Source: Isurus oxyrinchus
Taxonomy: Eukaryota
Reading direction: 5' to 3'
Assembly: GCA_026770705.1 (NCBI GenBank)
Contig: JANJGN010000025.1
Location: forward strand, 31,372,001 to 31,436,000
DNA length: 64,000 nt
A program made the translations under genes and the position numbers. The notes beneath the pieces were generated by a model. That model did no database searches, was not told where the DNA came from, and saw only the letters and a program-made list of their open reading frames with translations. Of the stretch, positions 48,315 through 60,859 are shown in pieces (positions within the stretch are counted from its first letter, which is position 1; every line of letters starts with the position of its first letter).

Positions 48315-48660
48315 ATATCAGAAGAAATAGGAGCAGAAATAGGCCATATGACACCTCGAGTCTGCTCTGCCACTCGATAAGATCATGGCTGATCTGATTA
48401 CCGTCTCAACCCCACTTTTCTGCCTATTCCAATAGCTCTTGAATACCCTTTAGTTCAACCATCTCAGCCTTGAATATATTCAATGACTGAACCTCTGTTG
48501 CTCTCTGGGGTAGATAACTCAAAAGATGCACAACTCTTGGAGAGAAATAATTCCTTCTCATCTCTATCTTAAATAGACAACCACTTATTCTGAAACTATA
48601 TCTCCCTAGTTCTAGATTCCCCCATGTGTGGAAACAGCATTTACCCTGTCCAGGCCCTTA
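48315..48660 (-). mobile_element. CR1 LINE 3' fragment
   Basis: AGAAATAGGAGCAG..AGGCCAT..CTCGAGTCTGCTCTGCCA..GATCATGGCTGATCT, the typical shark CR1 3' end in reverse. Homologous to 57745-58020. Confidence 0.85.
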
Positions 48661-49099
48661 TTTAACTAGTTACATCAGTGCAGGTGCTGTGTGTAGCTGC
48701 TGCCACACAAATGATCAAATTTAGGCAAGGAAATGATCTTAATCATCAGTTATCCCCAATAGAGTTGAAATGTTCATATTTTACTTTATGTTGATGTTTT
48801 AATACAAATAAATTATAACTACCTTCAAAGGAGATTCAGGGGTGCTAATAGTGGCTTATGAGGCTTTTGGCACTGTAAATTCTCAAGTATTTCCAGTACT
48901 GGAGGGCAGGAGATGCGACAGAAGAGGAGCGGGGTTTACATGTAGCAAGTCTTGGTGCTGTCTGAACAGTTACTCCTACTGTCAATCATACAAAAAAACC
49001 TGCAAGAGGAATGCATCCCCAAATCCAAGATATTATGCGGTTCATTAGATTTAGAAGCAAGGTAGACCTTAATGCATTCTTGGAATTTTGACTGTAGTG

Positions 49100-49700
49100 T
49101 ATTATGAACATACGCACAATGATGACAGGCAAAGACCCTCTGGTCCATCCAGACCACCTCCCAAAATTGTGATACTGTGTGTATCACAAGATACACGCCC
49201 TTCATCCCATCCAAAGCTATGCAGTTCCCTGGGAGAGGCAAAAAAGCTAGATAAAAGCACTGGCCAATTTGGTGGAAAGTGTCTGGGGAATTCCTCTCCT
49301 CCTCATCTGGCTAATCAAAACTAGTCCAGGAGATCCCTTTGTCCCTGAATTCCCTGAAGTATGCATCTTTTGTAAGAGGTGATGTCTGCACCAACCAGAA
49401 ACTGGTCCAGCTTTTGCTTGAAGGAATTGTGAATCAGCATTGGCACATGAGAGGGCAGCTATTCCAGAGGTTCAGTATTCTTTGGAAGAAGAGCCGTCTT
49501 CTTACATCAGACATAGATCTGGCCTTATGTGCCTTAAAACTGTGACCTCTGGTCCCCCCATGACCTATTTAATTGGGAACAAGCTGTCAGTCAGAATTCA
49601 ACCTATTTTCTTCATCACCTTATAAACCTCAATCAGATCACTCCTGCATCTAGGCATTTCTGCAATGTCGTCCCAACTCTATTAGCCTATCCTGCACAGA
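49100..49700 (-). mobile_element. CR1 LINE 3' fragment of a different, long-3'UTR lineage
   Basis: Reverse CR1 ORF2 C-terminal traces (GCAGCTATTCCAG = WNS.LP; TTATAAACCTCAATCAGATCAC = DLIEVYK) plus an extended 3' UTR. Confidence 0.75.
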
Positions 49701-50117
49701 ATGACACTGGGGAATTCTGCAGTTTAATTGGTGAAAATTCCAATAGGCCCTTTTTCAATCTCAAAATATGTATTGTGCATGGAGCTCCCACCCCAAACTG
49801 GTACATTAGAATAGCCCAAAATCTGCCCTCAAGCCTTATTAATATTATTTGGGTGAGCTGTCAGTTCATATCACATTTCCATAGGCATCTTACCTATTTC
49901 ATTAAGTTTTATACCTTACTTTCAGTACTGTTTTTATCAGATTACTAAAAAGTAATGGAGAAATTCAAATATTTTAAAATTACATCTAAATGATCTAATT
50001 AGTTTCTGTTTTCCTTGTTACTTGTTTTGTACTTAGCTACTTTTTTTCTGACTGTTGATTTCCAATTCACAGCTTTTGTTCTTGTTTTCAAATGATGCAT
50101 CTCTTTCCTTTTCATCC

Positions 50118-50270
50118 TCCATAGAGTATAGAATAGAATGGAATAGTACAGCAGGATGCCATTCAGCTCACCAAGTCTGCACTGGCTCTTTCAAAGAGCA
50201 ATCTCATTAGTTCCATTCCCCGCCCTCTTCCTTTCCCCATATCCCTGCAATTTTTACTCCTTTAACTATG
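50118..50270 (-). mobile_element. CR1 3' end fragment
   Basis: ATAGAAT-type tail repeats followed by GCCATTCAGCTCACCAAGTCTGCACTGGCTCTT...TTTCCCCATATCCCTGCAA. Confidence 0.7.
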
Positions 50271-50999
50271 TAATGATGCCAAAAGATTGCTTACTGTAGA
50301 GTTCACAGGCAAATTTTGAGCTTGATAGTGAATTGGTTACATTCACATAAACAAAGGGTGGTTATTAATAGTAATATCATTATCCCGTTACTGTTTGTTG
50401 GAGTTGATGCACGCAATCCTTTCCTCTGTCTTACTCAGAGTTACTCAGTCACTAAGCGTGGGGTAAATGGATTCCACGATCTGTTTTGCCAGTTCATGGC
50501 CCTTTTCACATTTTCCCATGATTTTTAGAGCTCCTTGTGTTGGAGGAGTAGTGTAGAGATTAGTTGAGAGGAAGAATGCCAGGCTTTTCACCGAAATTTC
50601 CTGGGGGAACATTTGCTGGATGGCCCAGCCCAGGGGATGTCCTCAATTGCCTGCTCCCCCAAAGAAATTTGAAGATGATTGGAACCTTGCTGGCCAGAAT
50701 ACCCTGATCTTGCAGGACTCTCATTTCAAATCATGTGTTCGTATATCTTAATGGGGAGAAGAGATATGAAAAATGTTTTGGCTCAGGTAGTTGAGTTAAA
50801 TGTAGGTGATCACTGAGTAACATGACAGAGTTTGAGGCATAGAAGAGGAAGCAGTTTGCACAAAATCAAGGTCCACATATTTATTCCTTTCTGAAAGATG
50901 AAGGGTGAGTTAGCAAAGGTAAAGTGGAAAGAGGAATCACACAGGATTGTCGTTAATGGGCTGCATGGTAAAGAAATATAGATTTCTGCTGCTTCGAAA

Positions 51000-51160
51000 C
51001 ACAAGAATGGGAATAGCATGTTCAGTCCTCAAGCCTGTTTCTCCAGCCAATTAGATCATGCATCTCCACCCCACTTACCCACTTTTGATCTACACACATT
51101 ACCTCACTTACATAATAAAAATCTAGCAATTTCAGTTTTGAAAATTTCTATTGACTAAAC
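51000..51160 (-). mobile_element. CR1 3' end fragment, decayed
   Basis: TTCAGTCCTCAAGCCTGTTTCTCCAGCCAATTAGATCATG...AAAAATCTAGCAATTTCAGTTTTGAAAATTTC. Confidence 0.55.
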
Positions 51161-51242
51161 ATCAAGTTTGTTTTCTCACCTTGGTAAAATAGATAATCTA
51201 CATTATTTATCTTAACAAGCTGCAAGCTAAATAATTTTGATG

Positions 51243-51653
51243 TTTTTATTCTTTCATGGGGTGTGGGGCATTTGATGCCCATACCTAATTGTCCTTAAAT
51301 GGAATGGCATGCTAGACCATTTCAAGGTGAATGGAATGGTTTGCTCAGCATTTAAGAGAGCAATTAAGAGTCAACCACACTGCTGTGTGTCTGGAGTCAC
51401 ACGTAGGCCAGACCAGGTAAGGATGACAGATTTCCTTCCCGAAAGGATAGTAGTGAACCAGGTAGGTTTTCACCACCATCATTGACAGTTTCATAGTCAC
51501 TATTACTGAGACTAACTTTATATACAAGATATATCAATTGAATTTAAATTTCAACAGCTACTGTGGTGGGATTTAATCCCCTGACCCCCAGAGCAACAGC
51601 TTGGGCCTCTTGATTACTAGTCCACTTCCATTATCACGATACCACCATGTCTC
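51243..51653 (-). mobile_element. tRNA-derived SINE sharing its 3' tail with the LINE at 58168-59340
   Basis: On the - strand: head ...GGACTAGTAATCAAGAGGCCC...GGGATTAAATCCCACCAC, body ...CCTTACCTGGTCTGGCCTACGTGTGACTCCAGAC...GTGGTTGACTCTTAATTGC, tail AAGGACAATTAGGTATGGGCATCAAATG...CCCATGAAAGAATAAAAA. Confidence 0.8.
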
Positions 51654-51745
51654 TTTTCATCATGCTATGAGATACAGTACAAATAACCATTCATAAACTG
51701 GTCAATTAAAAATAAAAAAGAAAAGGCCTTATGCTCCACTGAAGC

Positions 51746-52430
51746 TTTTTAAAATTCTTTCACAGGATGTAGGCATTGCTGGCAAGGCCAACATTTATTG
51801 TCTATGCCAAATTGCCCTTGAGAAGATGATAGTGAGTTACTTCTTGAACCATTGCAGTCCATGTGGTGTAAGTACACCCACAGTGCTGTTTGGGAGGAAA
51901 TTTCAGAATTTTGACCCAGCAACAGTGAAGGAATGGCGATATAGTTCCGAGTCAAGATGGTGTGTGACTTGAAGGGCAATTTGCAGGTGGTGGTGTTCCC
52001 ATGCATCTGCTGCTCCACTCTTTTGAAGTGGTAGAGGTTGCGGGTTTGGAAGGTGGTGTTGAAGAAGCCTTGCTGAGTTGCTGCAGTGCATCTTCTAGAT
52101 GGCACACATTGCTTCCAATGTGTGTCGGTGGTGGAGGGAGTGAATGTTTAATCCGGTGGATGGGGTGCCAATCAAGTGGGCAGCTTTGTCTTAGATAGTG
52201 TCAAGTTTCTTAAGTGTCGTTGGAGCTGCACTCATCCAGGCAAGTAAAGACTATTCCATCACATTCCTGACTTGTGACCTGTAGGTGGTGGACAGGCTTT
52301 GGGGAGTCAGGAGACAAATTACTCACCTCTCGCCAAATTCCCAACCTCTGATGTGCTCTTGTAGCCATAGTATTTATGTGGTTAGTCCAGTTCAGTTTCT
52401 GGTCAATGGTAAACCCCAGGATGTTGATTG
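51746..52430 (-). mobile_element. CR1/L2-superfamily LINE 3' fragment (same family as 58168-59340)
   Basis: Reverse complement is colinear with ~58670-59340. ORF-track peptide MHCSNSARLLQHHLPNPQPLP resembles MHCRNSPRLLRHYLPNTQLLP. Confidence 0.9.
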
Positions 52431-54349
52431 TTACCTTTCTCTCTTATAACTTATTTATAATCAAACTAGCCAAATACTTTTCATCTTTATTACTCACCTG
52501 TACCTTATTCAAAGCATCATTCTTTCAGTAAATACGTCTTTTCTAATTTATGTTTTAAATTTATCTTTTACTAATTTATATTTCTGTCCTCCACTCCTAT
52601 TTTCTGGCTTATTGGATAATTCTGGATTTGATTTATACCATTTAGTATTACATATAATTACAAGGATCCCGTTAAATGCTTCATATTCAACCATAGAACC
52701 TTTGCTTCTCTTACTTTTTCTCATAGTTCATCTCAGTAATACATTGAAAATGTCTTCCAGTACATACACTGAGTATCTTTTATGTGGAATGGTATTCAGA
52801 ACTGAACATTGTACTTCAAATGTGCACTATCTGTTTATTGTAAAGCCTTACAGCACATTTGTACTGCACCTTTAGTGTCACTATAAAATGCTTTCCACTT
52901 CACATAACTTCTAAAGTTGCAGTATAAATCTGAAGTACAGTCTAACCACATTCCAGAGAGCATCAACATGAGAGCCTCAGTCGGATGTCATCTCACATGT
53001 CTCGAGTTTGACATTGTATGGAATTGAATTCCAATGTAATATCCAGCTTGATTTAAAAAGCATTTGCGAGGGCGGCCTTTGGGCCTGAGGACTCTTTTAA
53101 CCAACCCGGAGTCGATAAAGGATGGTATGCCTCAGCTCATAGGCCTTACCGACCTTTAGGCGTATGCAAGGTCCCATGTGGGCAAAGAAATGGGAACTCT
53201 CAGCCTAGAGAAATCCCTTACCTGCCATTTTCCCCTCAGCATTAGTACATTATGAAGGATGGGTAGAGACTCTGCCCTTCTAAGACTGAGCAGGAATTCC
53301 CAGATTAGGTTTGGAGCTGACGTATCTTGCTCTTGGCCTCCTTCCAAAATAACTCTCTGGATTTCCATTGGAATCAATTCAGCCTCACTATGTTTGCACC
53401 CTCAGAAGTTACGTGCTAATTTAATTGCCCATAATACATCATGTAACCCTGCCATCCTGTCCTTGAATATAGAAAGTTTGAATATTAGTTTACCAAGTTA
53501 TGAATGTGCTTTATAATGAACATAATTATAGCATCTTAATTTAATTTGTAAGGTTTACTTATTCTTTAATTTTACCATCATTTTTAGTTCCAATTTGCTC
53601 TCTAACTGTGCATTAACCAGCATGATTCAGAAGTATTTTTCCATATTATCGATCCATTTCTAGAATCCTTTTTGGATCTAAAATATTGTTTAAAGCTTAT
53701 TTTAGCTAATTCATTTACTTCTCTCAGAGATTCTCTCTCCCTTTTTTCTTCAGGAGCTTTGAATTCTTTTTCTTTTGTGATTTCATTTCAATTGAGCTAT
53801 TCTCCTATTTAGAGACCACTAGTTTCATGTCTTTTCATTACTCACCTTGAATGTTCAACAAAATATTTAAAAAATTGTTCAATTTATCCTTGACACATAT
53901 TCTTAATTTATTTCTTTTTCAAATTGTTGCTCATTTTAAATTCCTAGGTTTTTAACTCCTCCTTACTGCTTTTGAGTGTTAGATTATTTAAAATGAATTA
54001 TATCGAGGTTAGGAGTCCAGAACAGGTTCCACTACTTCCATATTATGGATGCAGGTTTCTCCCAGTGGAGTTCACAATATATCAAGTTATAAAAAAAAAT
54101 CTGGTATCTCATTCACTAGTTCTGATCTGATACTTTATTTCCAGTCGGGCATATTTCCAGTTTATACTGAGCTGGTTAAACACACATATTGAGTAATTAC
54201 ACAGTCTTCTTACCTCATCATAAGTTCATCTTCTCCACGCTTGAAGAGAGCATAAGTTGGAGACTCGAGTATTGTTACACTATCTCTGACCCAATGAATA
54301 TGTGGGCTTTGGAAGTTTTGTGATTATATACTGTCATTACCTTTCTAGC

Positions 54350-54795
54350 AGTAGTTCTGCTGGTAGCACTCTCTCCTCTTGTGTCAAAAAGTTGTAGTTT
54401 CAAGGTCCACTCCAAAGACTTGAGCACAAATTCTGGTCCAATATTTCAGAGAGGGAGGGGTGTACTGTTGGAGGTGTCATCTTTCAAACAAAATTTTAAC
54501 CCGTTTGCTCTGTTAAGTGGGTGTAAAAAATCCCACAGTCTTATTTGAAGAAAAGCAGGGGTGTTTTCCAAGGTGTCCTGGCCAATATTTATATCTCAAC
54601 TAATAGCGTTAAAAACAGATTGTCTGGTCAATATCTGACTGCAATTTGTAGAATTCTGTTATGTACAATTTGGTTGCCTACATTTCCTACATTAAACATT
54701 GATTACACTTCAAAAGTACTTAATTGGGTGTAAAGCATTTTGGAATGGCCTGAGATTGTGAAAGAAGCTATATAAATACAAGTTCTTTCTTTCTA
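54350..54795 (+). mobile_element. Deu-domain SINE (SacSINE1-like), near full length
   Basis: TGGTAGCACTCTC...CCACTCCAAAGACTTGAGCAC...TATTTGAAGAAAAGCAGGGG...GGTGTCCTGGCCAATATTTAT...CACTTCAAAAGTACTT...GCTATATAAATACAAGTTCTTTCTTT. Confidence 0.85.
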
Positions 54796-54851
54796 CATAT
54801 TGAGATCTTGTTCTCCACCTGTTTATTAACTGAAGCCAGATTTTGTGACTT

Positions 54852-55528
54852 TCACAGAATCACAGTGCAGAAGAGGCCTTTTGGCCCATCGAGTCTGCAC
54901 GGACACGTGAGAAACACCTGACCTACCTACCTAATCCCATTTACCAGTACTTCGTCCATAGCCTTGAACATTATGACGTGCCAAGTGCTCATCCAGGTAC
55001 TTTTTAAAGGATGTGAGGCAACCCGCCTCCACCACCCTCCCAGTGCATTCCAGACCGTCACCAACCTCTGGGTAAAAAAGTTTTTCTTCACATCCCCATA
55101 AATCTCCTGCCCCTCACCTTGAACTTATTCCCCCTTGTGAATGACCCTTCAACTAAGGGGAACATCTGCTCCCTATCCACCCTGTCCACACCCCTCATAA
55201 TCTTAGACACCTCGATCAGGTCGCCCCCTCAGTCTTCGCTGCTCCAACGAAAACAAGCCAAGTCTATCCAACCTCTCTTCATAACTTAAATGTTTCATCC
55301 CAGGCAACATCCTGGTGAATCTCCTCTGCACCCCGTCCAGTGCAATCACATCCTTCCTATAATGTGGCGACCAGAACTGCACACAGTACTCCAGCTGTGG
55401 CCTCACTAAGGTTCTATACAACTCTAACATGACCTCCCTACTTTTGTAATCTATGTCTCGATTGATACAGGCAAGTGTCCCTTATGCCTTTTTTACTAAC
55501 ATGCCCCCCCCCGCCTTCAGAGATCCCA
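54852..55528 (-). mobile_element. CR1 LINE 3' fragment, relatively young
   Basis: ORF 55203-55430(-) LYRTLVRPQLEYCVQFWSPHYRKDVIALDGVQRRFTRMLPGMKHLSYEERLDRLGLFSLEQRRLRG is the classic CR1 ORF2 C-terminus. 3' end with CACAGAAT-type tail. Confidence 0.95.
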
Positions 55529-56619
55529 AGGCTATCATTTGGTTTCTTAATTTCTAAACCCCTCAGAATATGTAAAATTTGACTTTCTATTTTTATGAAA
55601 ATCCTGTATCCTTGCACACTGAATTCATTCTCATCTTCCAGAGTGAACTATATTCCTGTATGATTTTATTATTAGCTATTGCTGCGTTTGCCTCTTATAC
55701 AAGCATTATTGAATACTTCTGGTGTTTGGGTACAGATAACTGATTCTATTTTTTAGTCTTTTCTTAGGTAATTGGCTCTCTGTGTTTATTTCCTTTATTG
55801 TTTCATACTACCTTCACCCTCTTTTAGTACACTTTCTGACCTTGGTTTATCTGTATTTAAAAGTTTAAACTCTTCACATCTAAATGCACTGTAAATGGGG
55901 CACAATGGTCTCCTTAACATTAACAGCTAATCTTTCTGATCATGTCATGTGCAAGCCCTTGTTATAATTCACTAGGCAAAGAAGGAATCTGGAGCCAGTC
56001 TTTCCTTAACTTGGTTTATTCACATAACGCAGAGGACGAGGAATGGACATGGACACAGGCTCCCTTTTCATCCCCCTATACAGGTGAAAACCAGTTCTTA
56101 TATATACTTAACAATAATACCCTAATCTTTGTCCAATTAGTAACAGCTGTTCTCACGTACAACAAAAAAAAGCATGCACTTCCTTGTAACAGTATTGCAA
56201 CATTAACAACACTTTCTTATGTACTCATCTAATGAAAGACTCACCGTCAGTGTCCTTTAAAAAAAGAAATAGATACAAGAATTGCTGGTAACTTCAATAA
56301 CCCCTATCCTTTCTGTTCTCATTAATTTGGGGAGTAATTTTATTTTGTTTTTTTCTCATAATCACAAGGCTCTCCATATGCCTGTATGACACACCTTCTA
56401 GTTACTAGGAAACTGGCACAATAAAGATTCCAACAACAAGCAAATGGAAGCTTGTATCTCACAGAGTACATTGGCTCCATTTGCGCAACAATTTCGGGAT
56501 TCTTCAAATTTGCAGCACTTCATTAATTTGGTCCAGTTTTCAGGGAAAAACAAAGCCTATAATTGTCCACTGACTCAATCTGACATCCTTTCAGCCCACC
56601 TGGAGGAATGGACATTACG

Positions 56620-56732
56620 CATTTGGGCAGACAAGTGGAATTGAGGTCAAAGATCTGCTATGATCTAATTGAATAACGCAGCAGGCTTGCAGGACCATAT
56701 GGCCTTTTCCTGCTCATATTTCTTATATTCTT
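56620..56732 (+). mobile_element. CR1 3' end fragment
   Basis: AAGTGGAATTGAGG..AGATCTGCTATGATCTAATTGAATAACGCAGCAGGCTTGCAGGACCATATGGCCTTTTCCTGCTCATATTTCTTATATTCTT. Confidence 0.8.
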
Positions 56733-57683
56733 AATATATATTTTAAGTCTAGTAGCAATCATTGTGGGTTTTTTCTTCCCCTCTCCTTTCACAATCATGC
56801 ACTCTGCCAATCACAGATTTAGTAAGTAATAACACAGTATGTCTTGGCACTTATTCTAAGCAATGTGTTTATAGGTGAAATTTTAAGGTTTATTCCTGTT
56901 GTAACTTTGCTGAATGTCCCCAAGGAGTGGAATGCTGCAGGCTCAAGTGTGCAGATGCTACCATCTCATGACACAGAGCAACATCAACACAGGTACATCC
57001 ACACTATAGGAAAAAAGATCTAGAATTAGACTTAGAGCAAAGTACCGGACAAAACATAGATCATGAGTGAAAAGGACTAAGTGGCATTGGCAGTAAAGAA
57101 ATAGAATAGAATTGGTCAGTAGCCTGCTCCAGGCTACTCTCAGCTACAGGTGACATTCTGTACTTGTTAATAAAGAATGCTGCTTTCTGAGTGCCATGAA
57201 TTCATGCGGACATTTGAGAGAGTGCACATGGCATGTTCTGGACTTTCTGCAGCACAGCCCCCTTAAAATCAATTCTAGGCACAGCTGTAGGTTCTCTTGG
57301 AGAAGTATTTACTGGTACTGGAAAGATCCTGGGTTCCAATGTCCATAAATCTGTCCAGTCTAGATACACCATGCTGTGGAATTGGCCGAACAGTATGCTG
57401 GCATCAAGATTCACTTAGCTTATCGCAGTCTTCTGGCCTGCTCCCGCATGGATTACTGTGGATGCAAAGATATTACCCAGCATGATTGGAGTTAGGTCAA
57501 GCTGGGTCTGAGGGTGACTCTTTATGGCATGCACCCAGTCTGGCCGAAATGGATAATGCAGGGTTAGGCCGCACAACGCTAGTGCAGGCAATTGCCTGCT
57601 GCCAGAGGCTTGATAAAACTGTCCCTTTTACTAAGAGAATCCAAAAGTTGATGCCGAGGAAGAAGGTGGAGCATCTGCCTCAG

Positions 57684-57725
57684 AAATTCCAAATTCCAAA
57701 TTTCAAATTTCAAATTTCAAGTTCC
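57684..57725. repeat. 7-bp tandem repeat (AAATTYC) x ~6
   Basis: AAATTCC AAATTCC AAATTTC AAATTTC AAATTTC AAGTTCC. Confidence 0.85.
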
Positions 57726-57744
57726 CAGCTTCCTAGCTAGAAGA

Positions 57745-58020
57745 AGAGGAAGAAGAAGAAATATTAGCAGGAGCAAACCATCTGCTCCATTGAGCCTGCT
57801 CTGTCATTCAATATGATTATTGCTGAACTTAGGCTTCAGCTCCAGTTTCTTGCCCATATCCCTTGATTCCCTGAGAGAACATCTGTTTGTCTCAGCCTTA
57901 AATATACTTAATGCGGGAGCATCCATAGCTCTCTCGGATAGAGAATTCCAAAGATGCACAATTCTTTGAGTTAAGAAATTTTGCCTCGTCCCAGTCCTAA
58001 TCCTTATCATGGGACTGTGT
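57745..58020 (-). mobile_element. CR1 LINE 3' fragment
   Basis: ORF 57804-58010(-) RQNFLTQRIVHLWNSLSERAMDAPALSIFKAE matches the CR1 ORF2 terminus. Confidence 0.9.
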
Positions 58021-58167
58021 TAGAATGGACCCACTAAATAGTTAGCTTTATGGATTATATTGTAAAGCAAATACTGGAATTGGATAGAGCCAACCCACTG
58101 ATCTTTCAATCTCGAATAAAATAATCAATTGATCTTCTGAAAATATCAAGCACATATTAATTGGTCA

Positions 58168-59340
58168 GGTGAGGTGAGGTGAGAGTGACTGCCCTTGACA
58201 TCAAGGCATCATTTGACCGAGTATGGCATCAAGTCATCCTAGCAAACCTAGGGTGAATGGGGATCAGGGGGAAAACTCTCCGCTGGTTGGAGTCATACTG
58301 AGCACAAAGGAAGATGGTTGTGGTTGTTGGAGGCCAGTCATCTCAGTTCCTGTACGTCACTGCAGGAGTTCCTCAGGGTAGTGCCCTTGGCCCAATCATC
58401 TTCAGCTGCTTCATCAATGACCTTCCTTCCATCATAAGGTCAGAAGTGGGGATGTTTGCTGATGATTGCACAATGTTCAGCACCTCAGATACTGAAGCAA
58501 TCCATGTCCAATGGTAGCAAGACCTGGACAATATCCAAGCCTGGGCTGACAAGAAGCAAGTAACATTTACACTACACAAGTGCCAGACAATGACTATCTC
58601 CAACAAGAGAGAATCTAACTGTCACCCCTTGATGTTCAATAGCATTATGATCACTGAATCCCCCACTATCAACATCCTGGAGATTGCATTGACCAGAAAT
58701 TGAACTGGACTACCCATATAAATATTGCAGCTACAAGAGCAGATCAGAGGCTAGAAATCCTGTGATGAGTAACTCACCGCCTGACTCTCCAAAGCCTGTC
58801 CACCATCTAAAAGGCATAAGGCAGGAATGCGATGGAATGCTCTCCACTTGCCTGTATGAGTGCAGCTCCAACAACACTCAAGAATCTTGACACCATCCAA
58901 GACAAAGCAGCCCACTTGATTGGCACCCCATCCACAAACATTCACTCCCTCTGACACCGACGCACAGTGGCAGCATTGTGTACCATGTACAAGATGCATT
59001 GCAGGAACTCACCAAGGCTCCTTAGACATTACCTTCCAAATACACAACTGCTACCATCTAGAAGGGCAAGGGCAGCAGATACAAGGGAACATCACCAGCT
59101 GGAAGTTCCCCTCCAAGCCATTCACCATCCTGACTTGGAAATATATCACCATTCCTTCACTGTAAATGGATCAAAATCCTGGAACACCTCTTCCTAACAG
59201 CACTGTGGGTGTACCTACACCACAGGGAGTGCATTGATTGAGGATGGCAGCTCATCACCACCTTCTCAAGGGCAGTTGGGGATGGGCAATAAATGCTTGC
59301 CCAGCCAGTGACAGCCATATCCCATGAATGAATAAATAAA
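58168..59340 (+). mobile_element. CR1/L2-superfamily LINE, 5'-truncated, with a disrupted reverse transcriptase
   Basis: ALDIKASFDRVWHQ, AGVPQGSALGPIIFSCFINDLP and GMFADD motifs. Stops and frameshifts. 3' end ...CCCATGAATGAATAAATAAA. Confidence 0.95.
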
Positions 59341-59499
59341 AGGTCAGTCATGGAAGATCCTTCACACTACTTGTTGAAATCATCATTATTCAAAAATATC
59401 TTGTGTTCCTATAGGTTATTGGAGGATCAATATATACCCAGGTTAGAGGGAAAGTATCCTAACACAGTTTGACTGATAACTTGCTCTTATTCAACTCCA

Positions 59500-59925
59500 A
59501 CTCAGGCAGAACTCTGTGGTTTGTGTCCTATCCCTCACAATGTGCTGCACACACATCGTCCCTGTCCTTACTGACCTTCAGTGACTCACTAATCATCAGT
59601 GCATTGATTTCAAAATCCTCATCCTTATCTATAAATCCTTTCATACCCTTGTTCTATTAAAAGACTGCAATCTTTCTAGCCTAATGTTCCAGCATACGCT
59701 GGTGTAAACCTCCCCATCTTCTTCAGCCTTCAATCATCACCATCCGGGACTCTGAAACTATCTCCCAAAACCTATTTACTTTGCTACCTTCAAAAGCCTG
59801 CTGAAAGATACCTCTTGGGCTGGATCTTCGGTCCCTTCCCTGAACTTCACGCTAATTCCTCCTGTAAAATGCCATGGGACGCTTTGCTATGGGAAAGGTT
59901 CCAGATGTGCAAGTTTTTGTTGCAA
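59500..59925 (+). mobile_element. L2 LINE 3' fragment, highly decayed
   Basis: CACATCGTCCCTGTCCTTACTGACCTTCAGTGACTC (HI.PVL.DLH.L), ATTGATTTCAAAATCCTCATCCTT (IDFKILIL), TTCAAAAGCCTGCTGAAA, and an L2-like tail. Confidence 0.7.
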
Positions 59926-60859
59926 TGGAGTAGATCTTGACTTTATGCTAAAGTGAGAAATGGGCGACAAGGAATTGGCCTGGTCTTCATTTGGTTTGAT
60001 TTTTATTTCCATTGAAATGAATTAAATTAACATCGGTTGTTAAGCAAAGTGCCAACTCACTGTTACCCAGTTTACATGATAGCACAAAGTCAAGATCAAT
60101 GCTAGTGTGTTTTACAGCCAAAAAAAGATAAAATTCTTCCATTGCAGTTAATATATGCTGTGCTTCTTTCTCAAATTGGAGAATGACAGTAAAACATTAT
60201 ATAGGGAGATTTTACAATCCTTTGAGATGATGCAGTTGCTGATCCTAATCATCAAGGGTTATAGGGTAAGAGTAAGTAGTAACAATGATAGAGGGCAGCC
60301 CTGTTGTTAGGCCTTTAAGTACAATTTCAGCAATGGCCAATATACAACCTGTGTGCTGCTCTCTATAAAAACGTGCAGTCTGATTGTAGTGATGAATCAT
60401 AGCAAACTTCCATTACCATTTATTAATGGTTGAGAGTTTTCCATTAATAGGTAGCAATATTGCACTGTTATTCTCCAAGTTTTCTCTTGCTATACCTTTA
60501 CCTTTTTAATGTGGCTGTATTTAGGTGTAATATTCGGCATCCAAGAGTTGAAAAGTCAAATTAATTGGAAGCATTGGATAAAAATAAAGGAGTAAAGTAA
60601 TAAAGAAAGGGCAGAAAAGAAATGATTGAAATTTATGAATCAGATGAAGGAACAGAGTGATGAATAAATACATAATCATGAAGAGATGGATTGCTACTAG
60701 AGAAAAATATATTTTTACTATCTGCTTCAGCTTTTTAACTGACAGTTTTATTATTCAGTAATAAATATACATGGGTTATGTAAAAGCAGTGTTCTTTAAA
60801 TGTTCCATTCTAGTCAGAAAAATTTATGAAAACCCTCAATTTTGATTTACAGTTGAGGG

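Noticed and set aside
57130-57680. GC-richer stretch with several short overlapping ORFs (similar patches at 50540-50730 and 53060-53400)
   Set aside because: No recognisable protein or repeat family. Probably old TE debris, but I cannot support a call.
58314-58517. RT ORF as a functional or domesticated gene
   Set aside because: 5'-truncated, with stops and frameshifts, and a second decayed copy at 51746-52430: an ordinary dead LINE.
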